A DNA stretch of 63,986 nucleotides, counting the filler, from Reticulomyxa filosa (lineage: Eukaryota > Protista > Foraminifera), in the NCBI GenBank assembly GCA_000512085.1. It is 27 parts of 27 records of this genome, joined end to end, with 100 filler letters (N's around TTAATTAATTAA, not from the genome) between each part and the next. Parts side by side here need not be neighbours in the genome. Positions count along the whole stretch, not along the records: positions 61,533 to 62,780 come from ASPP01009191.1; positions 62,881 to 63,986 come from ASPP01028702.1; 25 more parts are not named here. One strand, written 5' to 3'. The notes beneath the pieces were generated by a model, which was given only the letters and a program-made list of their open reading frames with translations, had not been told where the DNA came from and ran no database searches. Shown here piece by piece: positions 61,433 to 63,986 of the stretch. Every line of letters begins with the position of its first letter. Positions within the stretch are counted from its first letter, which is position 1. The position numbers and the translations under genes were made by a program.

Positions 61433-61532
61433 NNNNNNNNNNNNNNNNNNNNNNNNNNNNNNNNNNNNNNNNNNNNTTAATTAATTAANNNNNNNNNNNN
61501 NNNNNNNNNNNNNNNNNNNNNNNNNNNNNNNN

Positions 61533-61564
<32 letters not shown>

Positions 61565-61599
61565 GTATATATATATGCATGTATATATATATGTATATG

Positions 61600-62740
61600 T
61601 ACATAACATATATAACAAAGTACATACATAGACCAGTCCTTCGACAAAAGTGTACTCCTTAATAGTCAAATATGAGGCATTTTGAACCACGTTGGACCAC
61701 ACAGACGAAGGGATTCGAGATGAGATCTCGAACCACTTCCACCATATGGCGTGACAAGAGGTGCACTGGACGATCCCTTGCAAAGAGATTGGCGTGGTGG
61801 CATAAATGTTTGGCAGCGCATTCCAAACGTACATAGAAAAAGGTTTGTCCGACACATGTACGTCGATCGAGTCCATGCCAACACGATTATCATTGTTTGG
61901 ATCGGTGATCGTTAGCACCCAGGTATATACATGATCTATCACCATTGCGTAGGCGCCTACGTATAGCTTCGACGCATTGGTAATGAACATCGGCCACGAG
62001 AAATTAACCAGATTGGTGTAGTTGGTTATATCGTCTTGACTAAGTCCATCAATTAACAGGTCCCAATGAAAGCGATTAAAAGTCACTGATCCATTTTTTT
62101 TATTGAAGTCTCTCGACAGCAATTCCCCATCCAATTCCAACTCTTGTCCGACCCAATGCTGTCTATCACCACCTGAGATGCGTGCCAATAGTCTCGACGA
62201 CACAATTACCACCTTCAATTTGTTCGATATAACCTCCGCATAATAGCTGTTTGCTTTGTTCACTGCAAAGAAATAATATGTTGATCCAACCTTTTTTTTT
62301 TTTTTTTTTTTATGTTTGCTACCTAAACCCCCCTTTTTTTTTTTTTTTTTTTTCACTACTACACATTTTTTAAAAAAAAAAAAAAAATTTGAAAATAGGT
62401 GTCTTACATAACCTCCACCAGTCCTGATGGAATGATAATTCGATTGCCATTGGTGACATATTCAAACTGGTTCCAAGTGCGATTCTCCTTTGTCGCAAAC
62501 CTATTTGTATAACATCTCATTGTTTTTATTGCCTTCCCCCCCTCCCTCTTCCAAGTTTGTTCAAGCAACACACCATTGAAATTCAAGTGCTGGGGCTCCT
62601 GAACAAGTCGAGGTGAAGATGGTATGCACTTCCAACTCCAATGGTTTTCCGACGACCCATTGCAATGGTCCTTCCACAGTCAATTCCAAGCCGCTGCACA
62701 GTTGTTGTAACTTGCGTCGTTCAACTTTTTCCAAGACGTA
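61600..62740 (-). CDS. PKD/REJ-like beta-rich extracellular protein fragment (multi-exon)
   Basis: LLARISGG, LELDG..SRD, FHW, YTWVLTIT and L.IKEYTFVEGLVY resemble REJ modules. Confidence 0.5.
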
Positions 62741-63193
62741 TACAAAAAAAAAAATAAACCAATATTTTTTTTTTTTTTTTNNNNNNNNNNNNNNNNNNNN
62801 NNNNNNNNNNNNNNNNNNNNNNNNTTAATTAATTAANNNNNNNNNNNNNNNNNNNNNNNNNNNNNNNNNNNNNNNNNNNNAGATGATATGGAGAGGCTAT
62901 CTTTCCTTTTCTTTTTTTTTTTTTAATTCAAATTATTTCAAACAAATTTCATTCAAGCAAACATAATGTTGCTTTGCTGTTTACCAAATTTTTTTATCAA
63001 CTTTTTTTGGAACTGATGAGTTTTTAAAGACATAATATATATTTTTTTTTTTGTAACAATAAAAACTGTGACAATAATGAAAAGGAAAAATATGGATCTG
63101 AAATTATTATAGGAGAAGATAATGTTTGTAAAAAAAAACTTTGGGAACCGGCCATTTTTCAAAAAGTCGAATAGCTAGATATTCATTTTCCAG

Positions 63194-63986
63194 ATGGCAG
63201 AATCAGAGCTTAAAAATGAAAAAGAAACATTAAACAAAGGTATGATAATATTGTGTTATGTTCGTCTGGTTTTTTTTTTGCAATATTTCTTTGTTTTTTT
63301 TCTAGAAACAGATAAAAAAGATGAAGGTTGAAAGTGGTCAACAAAGAACAAGAAGAAGAAAAGCAAAAGGAAAGGAAAGATGAAGATGGAGAAGAATTGA
63401 AAATTTTGAAAGAAATAACAAAATTGTCTGTGAAAGATCTGTATGTTAGAATGCATCACGACAGCAACCGTCCAAAAAATGGGTATAAATTGGGAGACTG
63501 CAAGATTTTCGAGCATTTGAAACAAAAAAAAAGCAACACAATTTATGTTAGATGAGAAGTACGTGCAGTTCATCGAGACTGCCACAAAAAACAAAGCATT
63601 GGATCGTTACGTCGGATGTATGATTGGCATGCCAATCGGAGACGCTATTGGACATCCATTTGAATTTATTCCGGTTACACTCGCTGCTTCAAACAGTCGA
63701 CCGATCTTCAATCGCAATAGTGACGATCCATGGTTAAAAAAAAAAGGATGGAGGAGATTTTTTATTACCTGTGCATTTATATTACATATACCTTTTAACA
63801 CGATACACATAATATATATGTGCATATAACTTATAATAAAAAATAATAAAGGCAAAACGAAGTGAATCGACAGACGACGCAAGCATGGGCTTGTGCATGG
63901 CGGACAGTTTAATCGTATACCAATACTTTAATGGGAGCGATCTTCGCACTAGATTTTGGAACTGGTGGTTCAATGGTTACAACAAT
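63194..63986 (+). CDS. ADP-ribosylglycohydrolase (ARH/DraG family), 5' part, multi-exon
   Basis: DRYVGCMIGMPIGDAIGHPFEF and, after an intron, STDDASMGLCMADSL..DLRTRFWNWW..GYNN. Confidence 0.9.

Overview
This window is not one locus. It is 27 short contigs (about 1.1-5.8 kb) joined by 26 artificial 100-nt spacers (N44-TTAATTAATTAA-N44), so adjacency across spacers carries no information. Most contigs are very AT-rich eukaryotic DNA with short GT-AG introns and long homopolymer runs. The gene families (expanded Kelch-motif fragments, caspase-like/TPR protein, HSPA12-like Hsp70, VLIG-like GTPase) suggest a foraminiferan such as Reticulomyxa filosa; that identification is an inference. Recognisable partial genes: GNAT acetyltransferase, PB1-like/caspase-like/TPR protein, CAMK-like kinase, HSPA12-like, START protein, SLC12 pseudogene, GDPGP1/VTC2-like, DCAF10, VLIG-like GTPase, RRM protein, BCS1, MINDY-3/4 deubiquitinase, SLU7, MaoC/HTD2, MFS transporter, ATG2, REJ-like protein and an ADP-ribosylglycohydrolase. 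Two contigs are bacterial. One is an rrn promoter region plus a partial 16S that looks chimeric (Rheinheimera-like 5' part, Pseudomonas-like 3' part). The other is a GC-rich betaproteobacterial-like sugar ABC binding-protein gene with TGGTATT direct repeats upstream. The most interesting unexplained structure is a family of decayed non-LTR retrotransposon-like elements (APE, RT, RNase H and zinc-knuckle remnants) spread over four contigs. These elements appear to contain spliceosomal-type introns. Two copies also retain a tandemly duplicated, GC-rich pseudoknot plus GAAA-hairpin motif downstream of the ORF that is much better conserved than the coding sequence around it. All family assignments come from motif recognition by eye; no searches were run.
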